DNA of 20,303 nucleotides, taken from contig JBCBZT010000089.1 in assembly GCA_039815185.1 (NCBI GenBank), forward strand, positions 1-20,303. The letters run 5' to 3'. Origin of the DNA: Cyanobacteria bacterium P01_A01_bin.123. Its GTDB lineage: Bacteria > Cyanobacteriota > Cyanobacteriia > Phormidesmidales > Phormidesmidaceae. Position 1 is the first letter of the stretch. Each line of letters starts with the position of its first letter. The notes under the pieces are model-generated. The model worked only from the letters and a program-made list of their open reading frames with translations, had not been told where the DNA came from and did not search any database. This document shows, piece after piece, positions 1 through 8,622 of this stretch. The position numbers and the translations under genes are program-made.

Positions 1-86
1 ATCAGTGCTGCACCCAGATGACTAGCGCTCGATTTTTGCATGGGGATTGTCATGAATGAGGGTTGTGGCTGCTAGCTCCAATGGTA

Positions 87-118
87 GCGGAAAAGCTTGC
101 GATCGCAAGCTTTGCCGC
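87..118. repeat. Palindrome centred on a HIP1 octamer (perfect 22-bp core AAAGCTTGCGATCGCAAGCTTT at 92-113)
   Basis: Read directly; GCGG/CCGC extend the symmetry past one mismatch; lies upstream of the protease gene. Confidence 0.7.
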
Positions 119-186
119 AAACGCCGTCTTTTGAATAGTGAAATCCACACTTCTCGAAAGGGGGCTGCCACAATAGCGTTAAAGAA

Positions 187-1491
187 ATGGTGAGTCTGGT
201 TTGGAATACAGCGATGAAGCGTATTTGGTTTTCAGTTTGGTGGTCTCAATTCAGCAAACGGTTGGGCGTGAACGAGCGACTCCAGATCAGATCTGGAGAA
301 CAGGCTTCTTTTCGATGGTTTGAATGGCCGATGCGGTGGATGGCAATCGCAGGAGTGGTGCTAGTCGCGATCGCACAGTTTTTTGCCCTCCCAGTACAGG
401 CCCAGAATCTAGATGCCCTGGATCCAGTAGCTGAAGTTCCCCAAAGTTTACTGAATCAGGCAGCCAATCAGGGCAGCTTTGTCGCCGCCGCTGTACGTCA
501 AGTGGGCCCCGCCGTGGTTCGGATTGACACAGAACGTACAGTGACGCGTTCTGTGCCTGATCCTTTCTTTGACGATCCCTTATTTCGCGGATTTTTCGGC
601 GGTTCCAGTGGTTTCCCAGGTGCCCAGCAAGAACAGTTGCAACGGGGGCAAGGGTCAGGGTTTGTGATTGATACCAGCGGTAATGTGTTGACCAATGCCC
701 ATGTGATCAACGGGGCCGATCGGGTGACGGTGACTCTCAAAGATGGCCGACAGTTTGACGGCATGGTAGAAGGGTTTGATGAACTCACCGATCTAGCCGT
801 GGTTAAAATTGACGCGGGTAGTGAAGACTTGCCCGTGGCTCCCCTAGGGAATTCTGACGAAATAGAGGTGGGTGATTGGGCGATCGCAGTCGGCAACCCC
901 CTCGGTCTCGACAACACCGTTACCCTAGGGATTGTTAGCACCCTCAAGCGCTCCAGTGCCACGGTGGGTATCCCAAATAAGCGCATCGACTTTATCCAGA
1001 CAGACGCCGCCATTAACCCGGGAAATTCTGGTGGCCCCTTACTTAACCAAGCAGGCGAAGTGATTGGTATCAACACCGCCATTCGGGCTGATGCAATGGG
1101 GATTGGCTTTGCTATCCCGATTAATAAGGCCAAAGAAATCAAAGACCAGCTCGCCCGAGGCGAACACGTTGATCATCCTTATCTAGGCGTGCAAATTTCT
1201 AGCCTCACCCCTGACCTCGCCAAACGCAACAATGAAGATCCCAATGCGGGCGTCATGCTTCCCGAAACAGACGGGGCGCTAGTGCTGCGCGTGATCGCTG
1301 ATACCCCTGCGGCCTCGGCCGGACTGCGACGAGGCGATGTCATCGTTGAGATCGATGGCACAGCAACCAAAACAGCGGAACAATTACAGCACAAGATAGA
1401 AAGCACCCGCATTGGTCAGCGCCTCCAGGTGAAGGTACAGCGCGGTGAACAAACTAAGCGTTTCTCAGTTGAAACGGCTGCGCTAGATTAG
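187..1491 (+). CDS. hhoA: HtrA/DegP-family serine protease with one PDZ domain (HhoA-like); the true start may be downstream (ATG 214, 331 or 340)
   Basis: Catalytic triad motifs TNAHV, LTDLAV and GNSGGPL; IQTDAAIN; C-terminal PDZ (PYLGV...GLRRGDVI); hydrophobic signal/anchor segment; GPAVVRIDTERT...DPFFDDP is typical of cyanobacterial HhoA. Confidence 0.9.
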   Translation: MVSLVWNTAMKRIWFSVWWSQFSKRLGVNERLQIRSGEQASFRWFEWPMRWMAIAGVVLVAIAQFFALPVQAQNLDALDPVAEVPQSLLNQAANQGSFVAAAVRQVGPAVVRIDTERTVTRSVPDPFFDDPLFRGFFGGSSGFPGAQQEQLQRGQGSGFVIDTSGNVLTNAHVINGADRVTVTLKDGRQFDGMVEGFDELTDLAVVKIDAGSEDLPVAPLGNSDEIEVGDWAIAVGNPLGLDNTVTLGIVSTLKRSSATVGIPNKRIDFIQTDAAINPGNSGGPLLNQAGEVIGINTAIRADAMGIGFAIPINKAKEIKDQLARGEHVDHPYLGVQISSLTPDLAKRNNEDPNAGVMLPETDGALVLRVIADTPAASAGLRRGDVIVEIDGTATKTAEQLQHKIESTRIGQRLQVKVQRGEQTKRFSVETAALD

Positions 1492-1677
1492 TCAGCATTC
1501 CTTCCGTAGTGAAGGTACTTACCGAAGATGCCCATTTTGAATACGTTGGCCTAGGATTTCAACGAATTCCATAGCTGTTCCCGTTTGCTTCGATTCAACA
1601 CAGATCAAAACAGGCTCAAGCTACAGGCCATGGCCGATGATGACAAACGGTGCCCGCTGGTCTGTATTAAGAACAAC

Positions 1678-2880
1678 TTACGATCGGGTTGACAGCAAAA
1701 TCAAATGCTGATGCTGTAGCGATCGCACCGCTGCCAAATCTCCACCCGTAGCCGCCAAAATCTCCCCCACCGTTTGCTGCCTATCGTCATTCCCATCACA
1801 GGCTTTGAGAAACTCCCATTCTGGTGGGGTCAGCTTCACAATTTGGTAGTCCTGATTGAAAAATTGGGGGCTATCGCGCCAGTTTTCTAAACAGGGGCTG
1901 GGTTCAGGGACAGCGGCAAGTAATGCTTCATCGTTAGCCCAGTCCTGTCGATTCCAGGGAGGACGGGCCAAGAAAAATTCATAGTGGGTAATCATTGAAG
2001 GATCGAGCAGTTCGATCAGACGATACCTTTGGCGATCGCTGAGATGCTTTGCCCGTTCAATCAAACCCGGGGCTTTTTCGATTAGCCGATCCAATTGCCA
2101 TACATGGGGATTAGAAAAACCTACAAATTCCAGCCCAGATGCTTCAATCAGCTCAAACACCGTATTCACGTTGTAGTCAATTTCTTGGGGATGAACGTAC
2201 ATGTCGGCAAAACACTCATCTCGCTGATTTTCCCAAGACCAGCGTTCTTTTTCTCGTTGGCGCAGGCGGTTGTTTTCAGGCAGGGCATTAAACAGCTGTC
2301 GCCCGACTGCGACACCATCCTCATAGTTACCTCGTTGATCACCCTGCAACAGCCCGATCGCCTCCTGCATTAAGTTAATTTCCCAACGGCCCAGTTCACC
2401 ATAGACAAAGACATGCAGCAAACCACCGGGAGCCAGTTTTTTCGCCAGCGCCTGGATGCCGCCGATGGGATCAGGGGTATGGTGCAGAACCCCCACACAG
2501 TTGATCAGGTCAAATTCCCCCGGAACCTGATCCACGTCAAACAAGCTGAGGTGATGAAACGCCACCCGATTTGCCCCAGACTTTTGACAGCGCTCAGTGG
2601 CTACCGCCAATGCCCCTTCACTCAAATCTAGCCCGACTACCGTGGCGGCTGGATTAAGATGGACTAGATACTCGGTGCCAACCCCGGTACCACAACCCGC
2701 ATCTAAAATCCGAACGTCTTGCCTGGTGGGCTTTTGCCCAGTGCAAAAGGCATAAGCCGTTAACCAGTTCCACCGCCAGTTATAACCCGGTGGGGGCTCG
2801 TCTAATAAAGGTTCTGGGGGGAAAGGATAGGTATCGTAGAGTTTAGCAACGGCTTCACTAATACGTTGGGACTCTGACAT
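1678..2880 (-). CDS. Class I SAM-dependent methyltransferase (conserved cyanobacterial type, substrate unknown)
   Basis: Motif I ILDAGCGTG, VVGLDLS, FDLINCVGVLHH, LAPGG; 400-aa ORF with ATG start. Confidence 0.88.
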   Translation of the reverse strand: MSESQRISEAVAKLYDTYPFPPEPLLDEPPPGYNWRWNWLTAYAFCTGQKPTRQDVRILDAGCGTGVGTEYLVHLNPAATVVGLDLSEGALAVATERCQKSGANRVAFHHLSLFDVDQVPGEFDLINCVGVLHHTPDPIGGIQALAKKLAPGGLLHVFVYGELGRWEINLMQEAIGLLQGDQRGNYEDGVAVGRQLFNALPENNRLRQREKERWSWENQRDECFADMYVHPQEIDYNVNTVFELIEASGLEFVGFSNPHVWQLDRLIEKAPGLIERAKHLSDRQRYRLIELLDPSMITHYEFFLARPPWNRQDWANDEALLAAVPEPSPCLENWRDSPQFFNQDYQIVKLTPPEWEFLKACDGNDDRQQTVGEILAATGGDLAAVRSLQHQHLILLSTRS

Positions 2881-2977
2881 AATTACAATTGCTACAGCCT
2901 ATACATACTAAGGTCACAATTTGTCGTTATCAAAACATAAGATAATGACTCTGAAATATTAGGGTTACGATGACATT

Positions 2978-3238
2978 ATGATCGATAAAACCAAAGATGT
3001 TAATGCCTTATCAAACACCATGAATACTCTTCGTGAAGAACTGGAAGAAGTCATGAAATTAAAAGGAGATGGAGGTGGGTTTCATTATATTCAGAAGGCT
3101 CAACGGTTAGGGAAAACAGCCCGGCAGGCGCGCCAATGGTATAGCCTCCTTAAAATCCCAGCCTGGGAATGGCAAAAAAGATTATCTGAAACGCGTTATG
3201 TTCTGGATCAACTGAATGCTATGGGTATTCCTTTGTAA
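2978..3238 (+). CDS. Small hypothetical protein (86 aa, helical, basic C-terminal half)
   Basis: ATG-started ORF that fills the gap between the methyltransferase (divergent) and cpeZ (convergent, 16-nt gap); protein-like composition; no family recognised. Confidence 0.65.
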   Translation: MIDKTKDVNALSNTMNTLREELEEVMKLKGDGGGFHYIQKAQRLGKTARQARQWYSLLKIPAWEWQKRLSETRYVLDQLNAMGIPL

Positions 3239-3254
3239 GCGTTGCTGTTGTGAA

Positions 3255-3875
3255 TTAAGCACTATCTGGTCGTTGATTATTCATCACAAGCTCTAGCCTA
3301 GATAATGCGCTAATTGCAGACTCCCGAACATAGCCTTCAACGGTATCATCATCAATAATGGACTGGAGTACCTCTGCCCCTCGACTATCTTTAATAGAAC
3401 CAAACGTATTAGCAATAGTAACAGATAGGGCAATATTGTCTGTTGTCTTGAATGTCTCGAACAAAATATCAAAAGCCTCAGTAGAGCCAATTTCTCCTAA
3501 AGCCATTACAGCAGCAATATTGACAACCGGATTTAGATCACTCAACGCTTGGGCTAACCCTTGCATTCCTGCCTCTGGAAAGGGAACATCTGGATAACAA
3601 ATCGCAACTTGAGCTAAAGCTTTGACGGCACTGCCTCGAACAGTCACATTATCACTTTGTAATACCGCCTCCACTAAAGGCGGTACAGTATCTGTACCAA
3701 CCGCACCTAAGGTTTTGACCGCTGCTCGCCGGTAGGTGGTGTTTTCTTCATCTAAAACACTGATTAGGCGAGGAATAATGGTCTCATCCTCAGTTTCGGC
3801 CAATTCCCACATAGCTCGATCCCGTAGGTGGGGATTAGGGTGCTTGAGTTGTTCAAAAAGAGCATCAACTGACAT
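3255..3875 (-). CDS. cpeZ: Phycoerythrin-associated HEAT-repeat (E/F-type) lyase partner/chaperone CpeZ
   Basis: 206 aa; LKHPNPHLRDRAM and YRRAAVKTLGAVG HEAT-like repeats; directly downstream of cpeY as in cpeBAYZ; GAGGG SD-like sequence upstream. Confidence 0.88.
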   Translation of the reverse strand: MSVDALFEQLKHPNPHLRDRAMWELAETEDETIIPRLISVLDEENTTYRRAAVKTLGAVGTDTVPPLVEAVLQSDNVTVRGSAVKALAQVAICYPDVPFPEAGMQGLAQALSDLNPVVNIAAVMALGEIGSTEAFDILFETFKTTDNIALSVTIANTFGSIKDSRGAEVLQSIIDDDTVEGYVRESAISALSRLELVMNNQRPDSA

Positions 3876-3906
3876 GGTTCTCTAGTCCCTCACTAATTTC
3901 TGATTT

Positions 3907-5199
3907 CTACCTGCTGGATTCTTTTGTGATCAGGTTGATCTTAGTTTGTATCAGCCAATCTTGATTCTCACTGCCTTGCTGTGTTCCGTTAGCATCACCC
4001 AGTTGCTGAAGCGCCATCAGAGCGGCATATTGCAGATCCCAGATTGAAGTGTCTAGACATTGCTTTAAATCGTCAATAGCACGGCGATCGCCCAATTCTG
4101 CCAGCGCGATCGCGGCTGCCGCCCGCGATTTTTGAAACTGGGGCTGGCGGTTATGTAGGGCTTCGATCAAGATGTTGTAGGCTGGGGCATACTTCAACCA
4201 ACCCAACAGCTTAATGATGTGAAAATGGGCACCGTAGTCGTTTCGCCCTTCTGCTTCATAGGTAGTCAATAGGGCTTCGGCGACGGTTTGAATATCGTTG
4301 GCATAGTCTTGCAAAATTAAGGCGGTTGCAAAGTAGCATCGACCAAAGTCGGTGCTATAGAGTTCTTTCACCAAAAATGGCAGTTTAGGAGATTGTTCGT
4401 AGGGACGAATCAGTGCTAAATCCTGGGGATGATCGCGCAGGGTACGTTCGAGATAAGGTTGGACATCCGCAACGGTGAGGGCATTAGCTGCGATCGCGAC
4501 TTTTGCTAACTCCCGCAGTCCCCGCAGCCGAAACACTAGAGAAACCGGGCATTGGGCGATCGCTGGAATCGCTTCATAATACTGGGCATCAATAAAGTCT
4601 TGAATTGCCAACCGTCGCGCCATTGCGACCGGATGCTGCAAAAATGTGATGACGTCAGCCATCAGTTGGCGATCGCCTGTCAACTGGGATACCGCCGTTA
4701 GGGCAGCACTGGCCACAGGCGGTTCTGAATAATCGACAAATTGACGAATCTTAGCTAAGGCAGGGGCATAGTTGAGTTTCGCCAAAGTTTGGATAATTAC
4801 CCGGTAGGTTTGCCCCGGTTGATCTAGCAGTTGGGCGATCGCGGCCAAAATTACCGGATCTTGGGTGCCAATTTCACCGATTGCCCAAACGGTGTTTTCA
4901 ACCGTGAAGCGATCGTCGTCAGTTAAGCAAGCCTGAATGACTGGGAGCGCCTGTTTTGCTTTGAGTCGCCCTAGGGTTTCAATGGATTTACGACGCACAA
5001 TCCGGTTCGACAACTCGGGCTCGGTCAACGCCACCGCCCTCAACAAAGCTTGAATCGACCGCTCTGTGGGGAAATTCACCAAATGGGATGCCGCAATGTA
5101 GCGAGAGTCTTTCTGATCAAGCTGATCATGAGGGGTATCTAACACCGCGATCGCTTGATCCTCTGTCAGATTAAAGAGATTGAAGAAACGCTTATCCAT
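3907..5199 (-). CDS. cpeY: Phycoerythrobilin:alpha-phycoerythrin lyase CpeY (fused E/F type)
   Basis: N-terminus MDKRFFNLFNLTEDQAI...SRYIAASHLVNFP and the NDYGAHFH and PQFQKSR motifs match CpeY; lies downstream of cpeA. ATG 5199 is preferred over the track's TTG 5214. Confidence 0.9.
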   Translation of the reverse strand: MDKRFFNLFNLTEDQAIAVLDTPHDQLDQKDSRYIAASHLVNFPTERSIQALLRAVALTEPELSNRIVRRKSIETLGRLKAKQALPVIQACLTDDDRFTVENTVWAIGEIGTQDPVILAAIAQLLDQPGQTYRVIIQTLAKLNYAPALAKIRQFVDYSEPPVASAALTAVSQLTGDRQLMADVITFLQHPVAMARRLAIQDFIDAQYYEAIPAIAQCPVSLVFRLRGLRELAKVAIAANALTVADVQPYLERTLRDHPQDLALIRPYEQSPKLPFLVKELYSTDFGRCYFATALILQDYANDIQTVAEALLTTYEAEGRNDYGAHFHIIKLLGWLKYAPAYNILIEALHNRQPQFQKSRAAAAIALAELGDRRAIDDLKQCLDTSIWDLQYAALMALQQLGDANGTQQGSENQDWLIQTKINLITKESSR

Positions 5200-5233
5200 T
5201 GTCGCCATCGCCAATTAGCCGTTTTCTCACAAA

Positions 5234-5294
5234 CCAAGCCCAGCCTAGAGTGCGGAGTTTTTCCCTACAGATAAAACTCTAAGTCTGGGTTTGG
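5234..5294 (-). terminator. Long imperfect hairpin between cpeA and cpeY (mRNA 3'-end protection or partial termination)
   Basis: CCAAGCCCAGCCTAGAGT (5234-5251) pairs with ACTCTAAGTCTGGGTTTGG (5276-5294). Confidence 0.6.
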
Positions 5295-5322
5295 ACAAGG
5301 TCTAAATATTTTTCATAAATTA

Positions 5323-5388
5323 AGCCTGGAGCTTCTTCGAGGTTACCTCACCCATCAGGCAAACTAACCTACCTAAGATCTCCAGGCT
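5323..5388 (-). terminator. Second inverted repeat 3' of cpeA
   Basis: AGCCTGGAG (5323-5331) / CTCCAGGCT (5380-5388), perfect 9-bp arms around a large loop. Confidence 0.5.
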
Positions 5389-5438
5389 AATAAAGTTTCT
5401 AACCGACTAAGTCATCGCAAAATCTGCGAAACCTAGAA

Positions 5439-5936
<498 letters not shown>

Positions 5937-6012
5937 TCAAATCTCCCAATTGGGTTTAGACCTAAGTTCGCAATTCGTTCAAATCTTTTAACGAGCATTG
6001 ACTCGCAGTTGC

Positions 6013-6594
<582 letters not shown>

Positions 6595-6600
6595 TTATAA

Positions 6601-6700
6601 CGTCATCTCTCAAGTCAACACAGCGATGACGCTCTTAAACATAGAAAACAGAGTTAACCTCAGTCTCAAATATGAAAAACAAAGCAATAATCCTTAACGT
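6601..6700 (-). promoter_or_regulatory. Putative cpeBA promoter and 5'-leader hairpin
   Basis: Minus-strand TATGTT -10-like hexamer (6638-6643) predicts a TSS near 6631; leader hairpin CGTCATCGCT...AGAGATGACG (6601-6631); the upstream block GTTAAGGATTATTG...TGAGACTGAG resembles the Fremyella cpeBA promoter as I recall it (not verified). Confidence 0.6.
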
Positions 6701-6703
6701 TTA

Positions 6704-6742
6704 CCCAAAATCCCCAGTCAACTCACGGCTGACTGGGGATTT
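6704..6742 (-). terminator. Intrinsic terminator downstream of nblA and upstream of the cpeB promoter
   Basis: Perfect 13-bp arms AAATCCCCAGTCA (6708-6720) / TGACTGGGGATTT (6730-6742), 9-nt loop, ending in TTTT on the minus strand. Confidence 0.75.
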
Positions 6743-6884
6743 CTGCCTCTAAGGCAATCTGGATGTCTGATTCGGGCTGAATGATTGAAGCGATCGCTAC
6801 AGAACTTTCTAGACTAAACCTCCGCCAAGTTCAGAACTAGAGCTTTGTTTATCAGAAAACCCCATATCCCTAGCTGGACAAGGG

Positions 6885-7052
6885 TTAAGCCCGTTTCACC
6901 AGATGTGTGATCACGTTTTCTTTGATCATGAGTTGGCGCATGACTTCCAATAAGTACTCCTGAGATTGTTCAAGGGTCAGCCCCTTAACTTGACTCTCAT
7001 AGACCTTGAGCTTGAATTTTTGCTCTAGGCTAAGCTCCAAAGGCAAATCCAT
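6885..7052 (-). CDS. nblA: Phycobilisome degradation adaptor NblA (55 aa; not in the ORF track)
   Basis: Hand translation MDLPLELSLEQKFKLKVYESQVKGLTLEQSQEYLLEVMRQLMIKENVITHLVKRA*; LSLEQxF, L(S/T)xEQ and RQxMxKEN are NblA motifs; GGAGGA SD at 7061-7066. Confidence 0.93.
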   Translation of the reverse strand: MDLPLELSLEQKFKLKVYESQVKGLTLEQSQEYLLEVMRQLMIKENVITHLVKRA

Positions 7053-7115
7053 ATCACCTATCCTCCAAACTGCAACTTAACCAACTTGTGACGTGTTAAC
7101 GTCCACAACGATATA

Positions 7116-7143
7116 TTAACAAAAGTTAACTAAATTTGACAAA
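7116..7143. promoter_or_regulatory. Three 10-bp-periodic direct repeats upstream of nblA (HLR1/RpaB-like, OmpR-family site)
   Basis: TTAACAAA-AG-TTAACTAA-AT-TTGACAAA; 1-2 mismatches per half-site to the HLR1 consensus (G/T)TTACA(T/A)(T/A)-N2. Confidence 0.5.
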
Positions 7144-7407
7144 AGGCCCCTGCTCAATATCGTTGTTTGGCTGCAAGTAAGACGCAAACGTTAGGAAATC
7201 TGCGGCAATTTCTCTGAAATTAGGTCTTTTGGGAGCATCACCCCTAAGGCTAGTGCCAGGCTTTTGGGTGCGTGATTTTTAATCCAACGGCTGACCTGAC
7301 TGATGTATAAGGGCTCACCAAACCGGATGGCAAACGTAAACATTAATGAACCCTTTTTCTAAGAGTTATCCGGCTTGTAAGAAGATTGTTCATAACAAAG
7401 CGTATAA

Positions 7408-7521
7408 ATCTCCTAGAGATCTTAGGTATGCCTGGGATTACGGGAGATGATTATGTTTGGATAACCTAAGTACTGTTAGGATTATTCGGCTGTACAGCCT
7501 TTCATACAGCCTTTACTTTTT
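7408..7521 (+). promoter_or_regulatory. Structured cpeC 5' leader with three consecutive hairpins, the last followed by a U-rich tract
   Basis: 7408-7448 (ATCTCCT/GGGAGAT outer stem, ATCTTAGG/CCTGGGAT inner stem); 7460-7486 (ATAACCTAA/TTAGGATTAT); 7488-7511 (GGCTGTA/TACAGCC) followed by TTTACTTTTT. Confidence 0.5.
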
Positions 7522-7561
7522 GCAATACTGCTTAATCTTTGCGTTAACCAGGAGTATATGA

Positions 7562-8422
7562 ATGCCTTTTGGACCAGCATCTCGATTGGGAGTTAGTCTG
7601 TTTGATGAGACTCCCCCAGTGGAATGGGTACCCGGTCGCTCAGAAGAGGAAGCTGAATCTTACATTCGCGCTGTCTATCGGCAGGTTTTAGGCAACGCCT
7701 ATGTTATGGAGAGCGAGCGCGTAGTTGTTCCTGAATCTCAGTTCAAGCTTGGAGAGCTGAGCGTTCGTGAGTTTGTGCGAGCTGTCGCCAAGTCTAATCT
7801 GTACAGTTCTCGCTTCTTTACCAGTTGTCCCCGGTATCGCGCTATTGAGCTAAATTTCCGGCATCTGCTAGGTCGTACCCCGTTAGATCTAGAAGAAATG
7901 CGTATGCACAGCACGATTTTGGACACCGAGGGGTTTGACGCCGAGATTGATTCTTATCTCGATAGCGATGAATATCAAACGACCTTTGGCGAAAACATTG
8001 TGCCCTACATTCGAGGCTATAAAACCGAAGCCTGTAACAGCATGGTTCAATTCACACATCTGTTCCAGGTTGTTCGTGGTGCTGCCACCAGCAGTCTCAA
8101 GGGAGATATTTCTGGCAAGAGCCCTCGCTTAAATTCCCTGGTGATCAACCAAACACCAACGCCTGTGGTCGCTCCTGGCGGAGATGGTGCAGCCTTCCGC
8201 AATCCGCCTACTGCTGCTCGCCAGCGCCAAGGGGTTGGTGCAAGCGCCGATGGCAAGGTTTACCGAATTGAAGTTACGGCTTACCGAGCTAATACAATTC
8301 GGCGAGTTTCTCAGTTCCGTCGCTCTAATCAGGTTTATATGGTGCCTTACAGCCAGCTGTCTGACACCTACCAGCGCATCCATAAGCAAGGCGGCGTAAT
8401 TGCCAGCATTACCCCGGTTTAA
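7562..8422 (+). CDS. cpeC: Phycoerythrin-associated rod linker CpeC
   Basis: 286 aa, MPFGPASRLGVSLFDET; linker domain IRAVYRQVLGN...FRHLLGR; C-terminal CpcD-like domain (RIHKQGGVIASITPV); AGGAG SD. Confidence 0.95.
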   Translation: MPFGPASRLGVSLFDETPPVEWVPGRSEEEAESYIRAVYRQVLGNAYVMESERVVVPESQFKLGELSVREFVRAVAKSNLYSSRFFTSCPRYRAIELNFRHLLGRTPLDLEEMRMHSTILDTEGFDAEIDSYLDSDEYQTTFGENIVPYIRGYKTEACNSMVQFTHLFQVVRGAATSSLKGDISGKSPRLNSLVINQTPTPVVAPGGDGAAFRNPPTAARQRQGVGASADGKVYRIEVTAYRANTIRRVSQFRRSNQVYMVPYSQLSDTYQRIHKQGGVIASITPV

Positions 8423-8447
8423 TCATTGACCTGGATGTTTTGAGATA

Positions 8448-8520
8448 CCTCGATTTCTTGGACGACAAGTTTGAACCTAGATCAGGTTCGAAGGTAGTTT
8501 TGTCGAACAGGGAATCGAGG
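8448..8520 (+). terminator. Long multi-segment hairpin between cpeC and cpeD (probably a stability/processing element)
   Basis: Nested arms CCTCGATTTCTTG/CAGGGAATCGAGG, CGACAAG/TTTGTCG and TTGAACCT/AGGTTCGA; no U-tract follows. Confidence 0.55.
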
Positions 8521-8622
8521 GAATTCAGTCTCGCAATATCAGAATTCGAGCGAATCAACTGATTTGAGCGAATCGAGCAGCAGTTTGAAAATTACTGAAT
8601 AGTTTTAGGAGATAGATTTAAA

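Noticed and set aside
498..1412. Antisense ORFs (214 aa and 77 aa) inside hhoA, and similar shadow ORFs inside the methyltransferase, cpe, pmbA, ClC, cyclase and rbp genes
   Set aside because: They fully overlap well-supported genes and show no recognisable motifs, as expected for shadow frames
1495..1531. Imperfect hairpin in the convergent hhoA/methyltransferase gap
   Set aside because: Several mismatches and bulges; a possible terminator but too weak to call
5200..5214. TTG-started N-terminal extension of CpeY in the ORF track (likewise TTG starts at 11463, 18736 and 19923)
   Set aside because: Family-typical N-termini, SD positions or nearby in-frame ATGs favour downstream ATG/GTG starts
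7053..7561. RcaC L-box, CcaR G-box and NtcA box in the nblA-cpeC region
   Set aside because: No TTGCACA-N4-TTGCACA and no GTA-N8-TAC found by eye; the CTTT repeat at 7493-7514 has a 12-bp period and lies in the probable leader, so it fits an RNA structure better than a G-box
8545..8578. Short direct repeat GAGCGAATC x2 between cpeC and cpeD
   Set aside because: Only two 9-bp copies; no array or CRISPR structure
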